Source: Phoronis australis (Eukaryota > Animalia > Phoronida). Taken from it: a stretch of DNA of 64,000 nucleotides. The stretch's first letter is position 1; each line of letters starts with the position of its first letter. Location: contig NMRA01000030.1 of the NCBI GenBank assembly GCA_002633005.1, positions 566,477-630,476 on the forward strand, written 5' to 3'. Made by a program: the position numbers and the translations under genes. This document shows positions 39,801 through 48,822 of this stretch, one piece after another. Below the pieces are notes generated by a model that saw only the letters and a list, made by a program, of their open reading frames with translations, was not told where the DNA came from and searched no databases.

Positions 39801-42800
39801 CGTATAGATCTCCCTCAACAGTAACGAAAATTTCTTTGTACACATGAAAACTGCGAATTGAAGACTAATAAAAACTTGACCTTTGTTAAAAGCATGTGGC
39901 CATGCAGGAAGCGCGTGCTACATTCAAGTACCTGTCATCAAAGATTAGTCTTTGGGAACTATCTATTCATGAAATTTTATGTGTGCACAGGCCGACGGTC
40001 GTTAGCTCTACCGTGGAGTATTAATAGTCCAAGGCTCGATCTACATGTTGGGGACGAAGTGAACTACCCGGGCTGTGTGAAATTTCTGGGTCTAACGCAG
40101 ACACTGACGCAGGGGTCAGCCAGATCGCTGTATCAAGACTATAGTCAAAATCCAAATTCGTTTTATCGTGTCCCTGTCAATAATAACGGCATGCTAAAGT
40201 TTCTTAATTTTCGTACTTCAGGAACATAACAACCATGTGTTTTGTACACATACGCACACGCCGCAGATCACATCTCGGAAATTGCCAATTTGACGGATGA
40301 CAATGAATGAGCACAATGAAATTAAACAACGTCGTTTTACAGCTTGTAAGATTCATAATAAACGTATTTTGAATATTGCAATGCATGTGTTCCAAAATCT
40401 AAATAACTTGGGTCCTATATTTTTGTATTAGTGCGCGCCGATTGAAAGTAATCGTGAGTGTTGCTGTGTTGCAAAATCTCTTATCCTGGGCCGATTTGAA
40501 AAATTCAAAGTTGTACTCATATTTGTTTTCGCTCCTCTTTTCAAATATTACAGTAAAAACTACTTGTAACTTTCTCCATAAAAAGTACAGTCTGCTAGGT
40601 AGATTGTAATCAGCTGATCATATCCGCATGAGCGAAGCCAATTATCCTCGCTCATGACTCGATGAATAGAGCAGCTTGGCGGCATCCCTTTGATTGTGAG
40701 CCGAGCGCGACTCAGCCAAGGTGGATAAATACGGTCTAATTCAATTTTCCATACCCCACCGTTTACCTTTACGAGCGGGGTTAGGACCAATCTTATTTAG
40801 TGGGACTGTTCGTAGCATGAAATTTGTGGAAATTTGAAAATATAGACTGCTGGAATAATAACATTGATTACAAATTTGCATAAAATCTATTAACGATATA
40901 CATGGAAATAATATTGTAAAGCAGCAAATTTTAAGTAATTATTTCAAAGAAAAACCTTTAAACTGAGCATTAGCACAAATTATTCATTGTTCAGTTTTTG
41001 TAAAAAAAAAATTGACCGAATATGGTCCGACCGTCGATACTGCCGCGGCTGCGGCACCATGCAGTGGTGTATCCACCCATGTAATAACATAGTACAGTGA
41101 AGTGGGATAAAACAAAGACCATTCGTTTATTCAATAACTGTAAATGGAAGCCTATACAGACGTGTTTGAAACAGTATGTAGAATCATTTTATTCCAAAAA
41201 GAATGTGATGTTCATACTACATGCCATGTCGACTTAAGTCCAAAAGCTATAACTCGGAGGTAAAGACTTCAGCAGCAACGTTCTGTCTTCCACGAACCCG
41301 ACAGTCTGAATAAAATGTCTTGGTAAAGCGAGTTGGATTTTTATCATACATGTTCCTGATTGTGAAGCCTATGTTTTCTCATGTCTTGCACAACGTTCAT
41401 AGTCAATACCCTCGTAATGTTAATCTGGATTCATAAAAAATTGGTAAATCCAAACTTTTAAATGACCAGAATTCTTGCAAAAATTGCACAACATACGAGT
41501 TTACAACTTCATCCACCATCTTGAATGTCTTATTAAAAAAAGTCAGCAAACCGATTCACATGCATTTCCATCTACTTGGACGGGAGAGCAAGTAGAAACT
41601 ATAAAGACTAGATTGTCGAACGTTAGTAACTAAGCCATTATCAGAATTGTCACAAATCCACTCTTCCTGTTCAAAAACCATCTGTTCTCAACTTTGGAGT
41701 GAATTGTAAAAATGCCGATGTCCGATGTTGTCGGCAACTTTTTGGTACTTTGATTGAAAGGTTCACAGTTCATTGCACGGATATTTGTGTTTCGTTGACT
41801 GGCTGCGTTATCACCACGATCTGGATCTGTATCTGAATGTCGTTCTAGCATCTGAGTCAACGTCTGTATCTGGAACATCGCTTGTAAAATAATCTTCGAG
41901 TCCCTTAGGCCTCTGCACGGCAGATGACATCATAATAATGTAGAATGCTCATGTCAGTCACGACGGAAACTCCCCCAAAACTGCAAACATCTGGTACTAC
42001 ATACACAGTGAAGAGTTGTAACAGCTTAACAGCTTTTCACAGGGTGTAATCGTAAATATTGGATCAGCCAAAGAAAGCCTTATAAGGCTTGCGAGGGTTC
42101 AAATTCGATTGGCTTGTGACAATGAGAAATGCACCAAAACTAACCAATAGTATTCGTCTAAATGAGAAATGCTCAAGTAACAGCCAATAAAAATCGTCAA
42201 AAGGATTTCTATTTATAGGTCTGTGTCACGGGGCGCGCAGAACATTTGAAAAATGCGCTAAGAAAGCACTTTTTGCGCAGTAAATTTCTTATTTCTGAAA
42301 TGACTGACAGCCTATTTATTTGATCGTCAGCCGATAATATTGAGTAAGTGGTCATCATTTCAAGCTTTTTTAAATTTTGACCATCCCGTTGAACCCATCT
42401 AAAATAACATTCTGGCATTCCAAAAGTCGGCTGCTGCATAAACCCTTGCTTGAGAGTGTGATTATTTTAAGCTTTGAAACGTACATTTGTATATTTTAGC
42501 AAATAAAAATCTTTTTGAATGGGTATGACACGTGACTTAATTCTGTGTGTAGCGTGGAGTCGTATATAGCCTTTATAAATTACAACTTCGAACTGAGTGT
42601 CTTGTGGTCTAGAACTTAGGACTGAGAGCTCTTAATTTTAAAGTCAGGGTACATTATTACCCGGTTTCCCCAATGAAATATTTGTGTAATGTTCTGTGAA
42701 ATAAAATTGTGAAATTGCCTACTCCAAATTTGAGCTGAACCAAAATAATCGTGGAGAGTGGAAAAAGCTTCGAATATTAATAAACTTAAGAGACCCGAAT

Positions 42801-45800
42801 AAGCTTTGTATAGACCGGAAAACAGGTCTGAAATAATCATATAGATATGACTATTCGGAACTCGAGAGTAGTGGCTTAATTAGAATTTTGCCTCCTGTTG
42901 GTCATTCACATGTGCTATTTTGTGGATCTCTTTAACAATGTCCATATGTAACGGCAGTATTCACTGAAGTTAATTTTTGAAATATTTGGTTCGTAGGGTG
43001 ATTTAATGTATAATTACTTTCAATTATAGAAATTAATTTGCTGAGGCATTCTACATAATCGTCCAATGTCAGCAGCGACAGCATACAAATCTCCAGTCAA
43101 CTTTTATTCAAACTTTGCTTTGTTCACTGCAGATGTCTCTGGAGGTTATCACCCATCCATTCTCGATGCCATGCGCTCTGCTATGAGTGCATCCAACATC
43201 AAGTGGTTCAATGAGTATAGAAAACACAACCCATTCACCTACAAAGACTTCTTCCGGTTGGCCACTTTAGGTGGTTCTGAAGGTAATTCAGTTGGTTCTC
43301 AAGGTAATTCAGTTGGTTCTGAAGATAATTCAGGCATCTGTTTAAATGAACAACTTTTTGGTGTACACATTTTTTGAAAATGAAAAATCTTATATTAATC
43401 CAAACAATACTTTAAATGCATAATTTGTACACCAAGTATGCTAGTTAGTTAAGGCTGACTTCAATTGATTTCAGTTACGTGGCAAATCTTTGCCGCTAAC
43501 TTTCAGGCCTTTTGATTTTTCATGCATTCGTTGAATTTATTTTTTTAACACAGGGCTTCCAACTTTTACAAATTTATCTGTATTCTACGTACTTGAGGGC
43601 CTAAAACTAAGGATGGATTTTCAAAGATTACGGATTTTGTGCATTTATTTCTTTTCAAAAATCTGATCAAAATTAAAATATCTCTGAAATTGTCAGTGTT
43701 TTGAAGTGCCAGGTTGGCGAAGATTGAGGTAGCAAATATTGCTAATTGACGGAAATGGTTGAGAATGCAAAATCCGACCAATAGGACAGATCCTCAGTAT
43801 TAGTGTACAATGAACTTTCATATGCCAAAATTTCGCTTTCATGATTGGTCAATTGCAGTTACTTTGTGAAGGACTGATCAATGATTAAAGCAGGCTTACA
43901 TGCATTGTGGTATATTGTACGCTTTGGAAATCATGCTATGGTGTTGAGAGTGAAGTTTCAAAGACGAGGGTTTTGGGGAATTAGATTGCATTTAAAAATG
44001 GGAAAAGGAATTCACCTCGTTTTGTCACGCTGACTTCAACAATGAGAACTAGTGGTGTCTTACAATTTCAGCATGGATCAGGAATTACGAGATATTGAGA
44101 TTGGTGGGGCAGTGGTAGTGTAGGGAGAGATCAGGTGGGACTGTGGTAGTTTGGGGAGAGGTTGGTGGGGGTGTGGTAGTGTGGGGAGAGGTTGGTNNNN
44201 NNNNNNNNNNNNNNNNNNNNNNNNNNNNNNNNNNNNNNNNNNNNNNNNNNNNNNNNNNNNNNNNNNNNNNNNNNNNNNNNNNNNNNNNNNNNNNNNNNNN
44301 NNNNNNNNNNNNNNNNNNNNNNNNNNNNNNNNNNNNNNNNNNNNNNNNNNNNNNNNNNNNNNNNNNNNNNNNNNNNNNNNNNNNNNNNNNNNNNNNNNNN
44401 NNNNNNNNNNNNNNNNNNNNNNNNNNNNNNNNNNNNNNNNNNNNNNNNNNNNNNNNNNNNNNNNNNNNNNNNNNNNNNNNNNNNNNNNNNNNNNNNNNNN
44501 NNNNNNNNNNNNNNNNNNNNNNNNNNNNNNNNNNNNNNNNNNNNNNNNNNNNNNNNNNNNNNNNNNNNNNNNNNNNNNNNNNNNNNNNNNNNNNNNNNNN
44601 NNNNNNNNNNNNNNNNNNNNNNNNNNNNNNNNNNNNNNNNNNNNNNNNNNNNNNNNNNNNNNNNNNNNNNNNNNNNNNNNNNNNNNNNNNNNNNNNNNNN
44701 NNNNNNNNNNNNNNNNNNNNNNNNNNNNNNNNNNNNNNNNNNNNNNNNNNNNNNNNNNNNNNNNNNNNNNNNNNNNNNNNNNNNNNNNNNNNNNNNNNNN
44801 NNNNNNNNNNNNNNNNNNNNNNNNNNNNNNNNNNNNNNNNNNNNNNNNNNNNNNNNNNNNNNNNNNNNNNNNNNGCTGTGGTAGTGTGGGGAGAAATTGG
44901 TGGGCCAGTGGGGTTGTGGGGAGAGATTGGTGGGGTTGTGGTAGTGTGGGGGGAAATTGACCATGATGACAACAAAAGACAAAAACATCAATTTGATAAA
45001 CTGACTTTTATGTAATGTCGCTTTTTAGTTATATATGGTTTGAAATTGGAAAATGTTGTTTAGTTGTGTATCAATCCATGTGATTGACATTTAAACTTGC
45101 TGAAAATGTTGTAAATTACACAAGTTTTCACTTGCAAAATACGGATTTTAACACGAAGGTTTATGTGCTTAAGTTGGTTGCCCTTGACAACTGGCATGAC
45201 ATATTTACCTATGTGGAAGAAATTGAATGTGTGTCTGCATGCATGTATAATTTTGCAAATGAATATTCAATTTTGGATCAGCATTTTGAAAAGGCTAGCA
45301 ATTATTGATTATCCTTAATGATTAATTATCTCCTTTATAGTAATGGGCCTTGACCACAAAATAGGTAATTTTGTGGTTGGCAAGGAGTTTGATGCGCTGT
45401 ACATTGATGCTATGGCTGCGGGTTCACCCTTTAACCTGTTCAGTGTGGACAAGTTGGAAGATGTCATCCAGAAGTTCTTTTTGCTTGGTAAGTCCTCGCT
45501 TTACCAATGGTGTCTGTTATTACACAACTAATACTATTGCCCATTTACTGACCATCAGTGTAGTTGTGGTCAGCTTACATAATTCCCGTATTCCGCAGGC
45601 CGGCTGTTCTAGGCTGTGAGGTTAGATTATATTGATTATACAATGGTGACGCTGTGCACACAATGGGCTTCACTGTCTTTTGTCCTTCAGTGCCCGGTTG
45701 CATGAAACAGTCCATAATTAGGGTCCCAAACTACAGTTAGGGAAGTCCCTATAAGGATTTTGTTTAAGGGCTGTTGCTTGAAGAGGTCCTACACTCGGTT

Positions 45801-48756
45801 CTTATTGCATTACGGCATTTTCCCGTTGCTCCCAACTTGTTCGATTCTATAGCCCAACAACATAGTGGGGAAGTTTACCCCTGTAGTTAATATCTTACAG
45901 GAGTGATTAACTCCATTCTGGCATTCATGATTGGAGGGCCAGCTCTCTTTTGTTCCATATTTCCTGACTGGGATGTGCTGTTAAAAGTAAAAGTTAAGTT
46001 ATAACACATTTGAACTTAAACCAATACCATTTCTGAAATCCTTGTCAAATGGTGACATGTTTAGTTTTTGAATCAACAAAATCGCCCAATTGCAACCGAA
46101 GTTACGATAGTCTATTTTTTCCGAATGTATTAATTCAATCTGGGTTTGACGGTGTTCACATGTGGTTTGTAATAAGCCTGGTAGATAATTGGAGTGCCTG
46201 TTGTCATAACAGACAAAAGACTGTGCTTGGCAGTTAACAAAGAAGCTAGATGTTATCACACGCTCAGAACCCGGCCCCTTCGTCAGGTAAAGTCACTGAA
46301 CGGGAAAACGCTGTCATGGGGAATGCCTTAAATCCGGAGTAATTTCCCAAAGCCAAACAATCCCAATGATCGCCGTGGCTAAGGTCGCTTAATATGGTGA
46401 AAATTATTTAATCAACGAGAGAATTCCAGGTGCATTTACGTCCTCTGTTCCACCTGTTGAATGAGTATTCGAGTAGTGTTGAAATCGTCTGCTCTGGGAA
46501 TTAAGTAAGACATGGGGTAAGTCGTGGCACTATAGTCATCCATAAATTTAGTTTACGATGGAACTACTAACCTGTACAGTGGGTGAGATCATGCCTTTCC
46601 TGATCGATAACTCCAGCTTCTCTTCAAGCTCTCTATCGTGAATATTCTGACCCATGAAAATTTAAATCTTTCGTTTAGCTCACTGTCACTAAACGTCTCG
46701 ATTGGGTTAGTTCTGTTATGAAAAATTCTTTTTTCAATAGCAATATGAGCTTGATCAGCCATTTTATTGCTAGGGACTATTTAACTTGGGGACTTACTTT
46801 CGGTAACCCCAAAAATTGAGTCCCTATTTAATGCCTAAACTAACTGGGATCTTTTCATGCAACAGTCCCTAAACTTTAGGGACGTCCCTAAGACTTAAGG
46901 ACATCCCTAACATTTAGGGACTGTTTCATGCAACCGGGCCCTGAACCCTCGGGAAGGGGTACGAAAAGTGACATCCTAGCTGCGTCCAAGAATATCTATC
47001 CAGATTATCCCACTTCCTTAAATCGACATTGCAGTCAATGGCACAGCAGGGCTTTCCTGGCATGATTTAAATACGATATAGAATATTAAGTATTCAGACA
47101 ACAGATGCTTAACATGTGAATCTCCATAGGGCTGGAGCGAAAGTGACCTAGTGCCTGAAATATCTGAAGGTGTGCCGCTATTTTGTACCTCACGGCATGG
47201 GAGAGCGATCAATTCGGCGAGAATATTGTATTAGCAGGCTAAGATCTATTCATAGTGCCCTGTAAGTGTTGAAAAGATTAAGCTCAGAGATAACGTCAGT
47301 ATCTGTCTAGAGCATCACAAGTAGGTTACTTTGTGACCTGAGCTTCATTGCAACCTTTCAAACACATTCTAGCATAGCTCTAATGCAACTTAAACAGATA
47401 CTAATCTCCTGTTGGTGATATTGTTCTCACTGTCGCCTGCTAATCTATCATTAGTGTTTCTCTTGTGAGTAATCAAAACAGGATTCACTTAAAATAGTTA
47501 TTCAATATACGTCATAAAATGAATTAAGTGGTTCTTGGTTGGTGGTCTTTCCTCACAGTTGTTGTGAAACTCTCTTAAAGCATTAGTCGTGCCTGCCTGT
47601 TTTCAAAATATAAGAATTTTTCAATTTTGTTCCAAATTTTTGAGGGTTGGTTAAAGATATCAGATATTTTAGTCAATTTAACTATTTAAATGCACAAGCC
47701 TGGTAAATTATTCTTTTTGGGTATTCACAGTGGCATTAAACCTGTGCTTTCTGTCAAAACAACAAATTTAATTTAGGTCACTTATTGTTAACTCCCAAAT
47801 GGGGGTCCTCAGAGCTCATTGGCCTACATCACGGCATCTGCTGGCGAGACCTTAGGTAATGCTGTCGTAAGTGGTATTGACTCGTATCCCTATTCATACA
47901 CAAAATTCCTACTTTCCTAATGTAAACTTCCTTCCCGATTCATTTAGCGAATGTATTAGATTGGACACCAGTATTTACTTGACCTTAGAGAAAGCCATCT
48001 GACTTATTCACAAGTCTGTAATTACTGAGCATGTCATGCAGAATAGCTGGAAGAATGCTTCTTTCCTGGACAGAGATTCTGTTTAATAGATTAACTAGAT
48101 GGATCAGAAAGTTAGTTTACACCAACAAGAAAGTAAAGAAGTTTGTGTGTGTATAGACACCGTTCAGTCAATACCTTCTTAAATGACACGTGTTGAGGCC
48201 TCGTCAGCCAATTGTATTCTCCGACACTTGTTATGACATCATTCATGCCAATTTAATGCAACTTCAGTTTGAAGATGGCTGCTGACAAGATCAGCCAAAA
48301 TGTTTGCAGGAACATTGAATTTTCATGTGCATGAAAACAAAACTGTTGCATACAGACTGTGTCAGTAATTCATGTTTGATCAGTAGATGAGAGTGCCGAA
48401 CCAGGATGCCTCATGCATTTTTCTGGGCCATTTCCACCATTTTTTATTTTTGCATGTAGGTTAATACATGACACGGATATAAAGCAAAAAATGACTTTAA
48501 GAGAGTCTGTAAATTGTCAGGGGCCTGTAAAGTTAGTAAACGGTAAAATAGTAAGTGTTTGCTTTCCCCTTTAACAAGCTCAGTGATGAAACAAACTTTG
48601 TTAATAAAATGCACTTTAATGTGGAATTTTTTTAAAATGGCAGGATTGATATAGACACAAATATGGAATTTATGTTCATTTTTGTTTTTAGGCGATGACA
48701 GGAACATCAAGGAAGTCTATGTCTCGGGACGAAAGGTTGTACCTTTTGCAGAGTAA
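21743..48756 (+). CDS. GDA: Guanine deaminase (guanase/cypin), spliced CDS: join(21743..21892,22774..22862,23902..24073,25267..25354,27920..28050,28974..29081,29949..30053,33317..33414,39042..39109,43133..43282,45341..45487,48692..48756), 456 aa
   Basis: The exons join in frame through GT-AG sites and total 1371 nt. Amidohydrolase motifs are present: PGFVDTHIHAPQY, RRTLMNGTTTASYFATIH, GQRAYVGKVNMD, ITPRFAITCS, QSHLAEN, MAHCVHL, SHCPNSN, LGTDVSGG, LATLGG, GNFVVGKEFDAL and GDDRNIKEVYVSGRKV. Confidence 0.97.
22403..22490. repeat. Tandem repeat ~29 bp x3
   Basis: Units of attccacttgtccactatacagtctgcta. Confidence 0.8.
22533..22633. repeat. Tandem duplication ~51 bp x2
   Basis: atctttcattgagg.ggctgttt.agcatgcagccaattcaaggggtcat occurs twice. 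Confidence 0.85.
22774..22862 (+). CDS. GDA: GDA coding exon 2 (IIFVEPKARLAEMQQTYSFSEADVRYLKN)
   Basis: Acceptor ctaattttcag, donor TG|gtatgt. 89 nt, and phase 0/2 fits both neighbours. Confidence 0.88.
23168..23515. repeat. 60-bp minisatellite, ~5.8 copies (GDA intron 2)
   Basis: Units tgtggttatacgtcctcc...gtgtgatca(c/t)agt...caacaaacttgtc stack exactly in register on consecutive 60-nt lines. Confidence 0.95.
23902..24073 (+). CDS. GDA: GDA coding exon 3 (EFVIPGFVDTHIHAPQY...VYTKAV), Zn-binding HxH
   Basis: Acceptor tttttgcag, donor GTT|gtacgt. Contains the DTHIH motif. Confidence 0.96.
24706..25157. repeat. ~20-21-bp minisatellite (tatccctccagctaaaggtg)
   Basis: About 20 degenerate copies in GDA intron 3. 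Confidence 0.9.
25267..25354 (+). CDS. GDA: GDA coding exon 4 (RRTLMNGTTTASYFATIHTDASLLLCDII)
   Basis: Acceptor ctttaag, donor G|gtgagt. Contains the conserved NGTTTA motif. Confidence 0.95.
26024..26777. repeat. ~31-bp minisatellite (gtgtgactgatatggcctgaggggaatcata)
   Basis: More than 20 copies in GDA intron 4. Confidence 0.95.
27920..28050 (+). CDS. GDA: GDA coding exon 5 (GDLGQRAYVGKVNMD...ETKRFINQVEKKK)
   Basis: Acceptor ttttctattacag, donor AAG|gtaaat. Confidence 0.95.
28586..28686. repeat. ~25-bp tandem repeat x4 (tcttgacacaattatatgccctgca)
   Basis: Direct tandem copies. Confidence 0.9.
28974..29081 (+). CDS. GDA: GDA coding exon 6 (NPLVQACITPRFAITCS...DLPIQ)
   Basis: Acceptor cccttttag, donor CAG|gtaaga. 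Contains the TPRF motif. Not in the supplied ORF track. Confidence 0.95.
29949..30053 (+). CDS. GDA: GDA coding exon 7 (SHLAENKDEIDMV...YDQHKLLSDR)
   Basis: Acceptor gcttttag, donor AGG|gtaagg. Contains the HxxE metal/catalytic motif. Confidence 0.95.
30882..33032 (+). mobile_element. Helentron-associated non-autonomous element (HINE/DINE-1-like) with tandemly repeated 3' end
   Basis: 5' T-run followed by the palindrome tacttggcgaaat-aa-atttcgccaagta (30937-30964). The 3' module gccaagtgt + hairpin cgctc-ctcc-gagcg + T-run is at 32996-33032. A ~190-bp tandem unit spans 32186-33027. Confidence 0.6.
33317..33414 (+). CDS. GDA: GDA coding exon 8 (CIMAHCVHL...GISHCPNSNIT)
   Basis: Acceptor ctcttccag, donor AC|gtaatg. 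Contains the MAH and HCPNSN motifs. Confidence 0.95.
34184..35187 (-). mobile_element. Second copy of the ~1 kb hAT5-like non-autonomous element, perfect 5-bp TSD CATAT
   Basis: catat|CAGTGGCAGATCTA...AAATCTGCCTATG|catat. Colinear inverted homology to 15616-16605. Confidence 0.88.
35513..37260 (+). mobile_element. Degenerate CR1-group LINE ORF2 (RT) in GDA intron 8
   Basis: Motifs WKLGLMIPIHKK, NYRP, QFGF, YINDLP, YADDT, WKMEFQPEK, HKHLG, PHLDYC, LERLQY.AALAITGA and FRHNF..SPLC.CG, with many frameshifts. A possible 3' tail is near 38020-38166. Confidence 0.88.
39042..39109 (+). CDS. GDA: GDA coding exon 9 (IRSGLMDLKLTLDHKVKLALGT)
   Basis: Acceptor gctttcag, donor G|gtgggt. 68 nt, leading into the catalytic GTD. 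Confidence 0.92.
39423..39975 (+). mobile_element. Truncated copy of the Tc2/pogo-like non-autonomous element
   Basis: Starts TA|CCGTATTCGCCC and is colinear with 20016-20545. Confidence 0.8.
41500..42240 (-). mobile_element. Possible Crypton-like (tyrosine-recombinase transposon) remnant
   Basis: Minus-strand fragments STKK..TSDIGIF and FDN..FLLAL/QVDGNACE resemble Crypton/DUF3504-associated N-terminal motifs. An adjacent block at 42105-42235 is CCAAT-rich. Confidence 0.3.
43133..43282 (+). CDS. GDA: GDA coding exon 10 (DVSGGYHPSILDAMR...FRLATLGGSE)
   Basis: Acceptor ttcactgcag, donor AAG|gtaatt. A duplicated donor lies 21 nt downstream. Confidence 0.95.
43272..43333 (+). repeat. 21-bp tandem triplication spanning the GDA exon 10 donor
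   Basis: tggttctgaaggtaattcagt / tggttctcaaggtaattcagt / tggttctgaagataattcag. Confidence 0.95.
44099..44960. repeat. G-rich 30-bp minisatellite spanning an assembly gap (N 44197-44874)
   Basis: Units of gtggtagtgtggggagaggttggtggg on both sides of the N run. Confidence 0.85.
45341..45487 (+). CDS. GDA: GDA coding exon 11 (VMGLDHKIGNFVVGKEFDAL...IQKFFLL)
   Basis: Acceptor tcctttatag, donor G|gtaagt. Confidence 0.95.
45690..46941. mobile_element. Non-autonomous PIF/Harbinger-like element
   Basis: TIR G(T/G)GCCCGGTTGCATGAAACAGTCC at both ends, with subterminal TTAGGGA/TCCCTAA repeats. Flanks are tca/tga. Confidence 0.7.
48692..48756 (+). CDS. GDA: GDA terminal coding exon (GDDRNIKEVYVSGRKVVPFAE*)
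   Basis: Acceptor tttgtttttag. Conserved GDDRNI-EVYV-G motif, with TAA at 48754-48756. Confidence 0.95.
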
Positions 48757-48816
48757 TTACTCTGAGGAAAACACTTAGTGTATGTTTTGTCAACACATCA
48801 TCATGTTGGCAAATAC

Positions 48817-48822
48817 AATAAA
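48817..48822 (+). terminator. Candidate polyadenylation signal for GDA (another AATAAA at 49592)
   Basis: AATAAA 60 nt after the stop codon. The AT-rich context makes this weak evidence. Confidence 0.3.

Noticed and set aside
44085-45015. Long ORFs of 230-296 aa in the ORF track
   Set aside because: They are made of X residues from the N gap plus Pro/Thr minisatellite translation.
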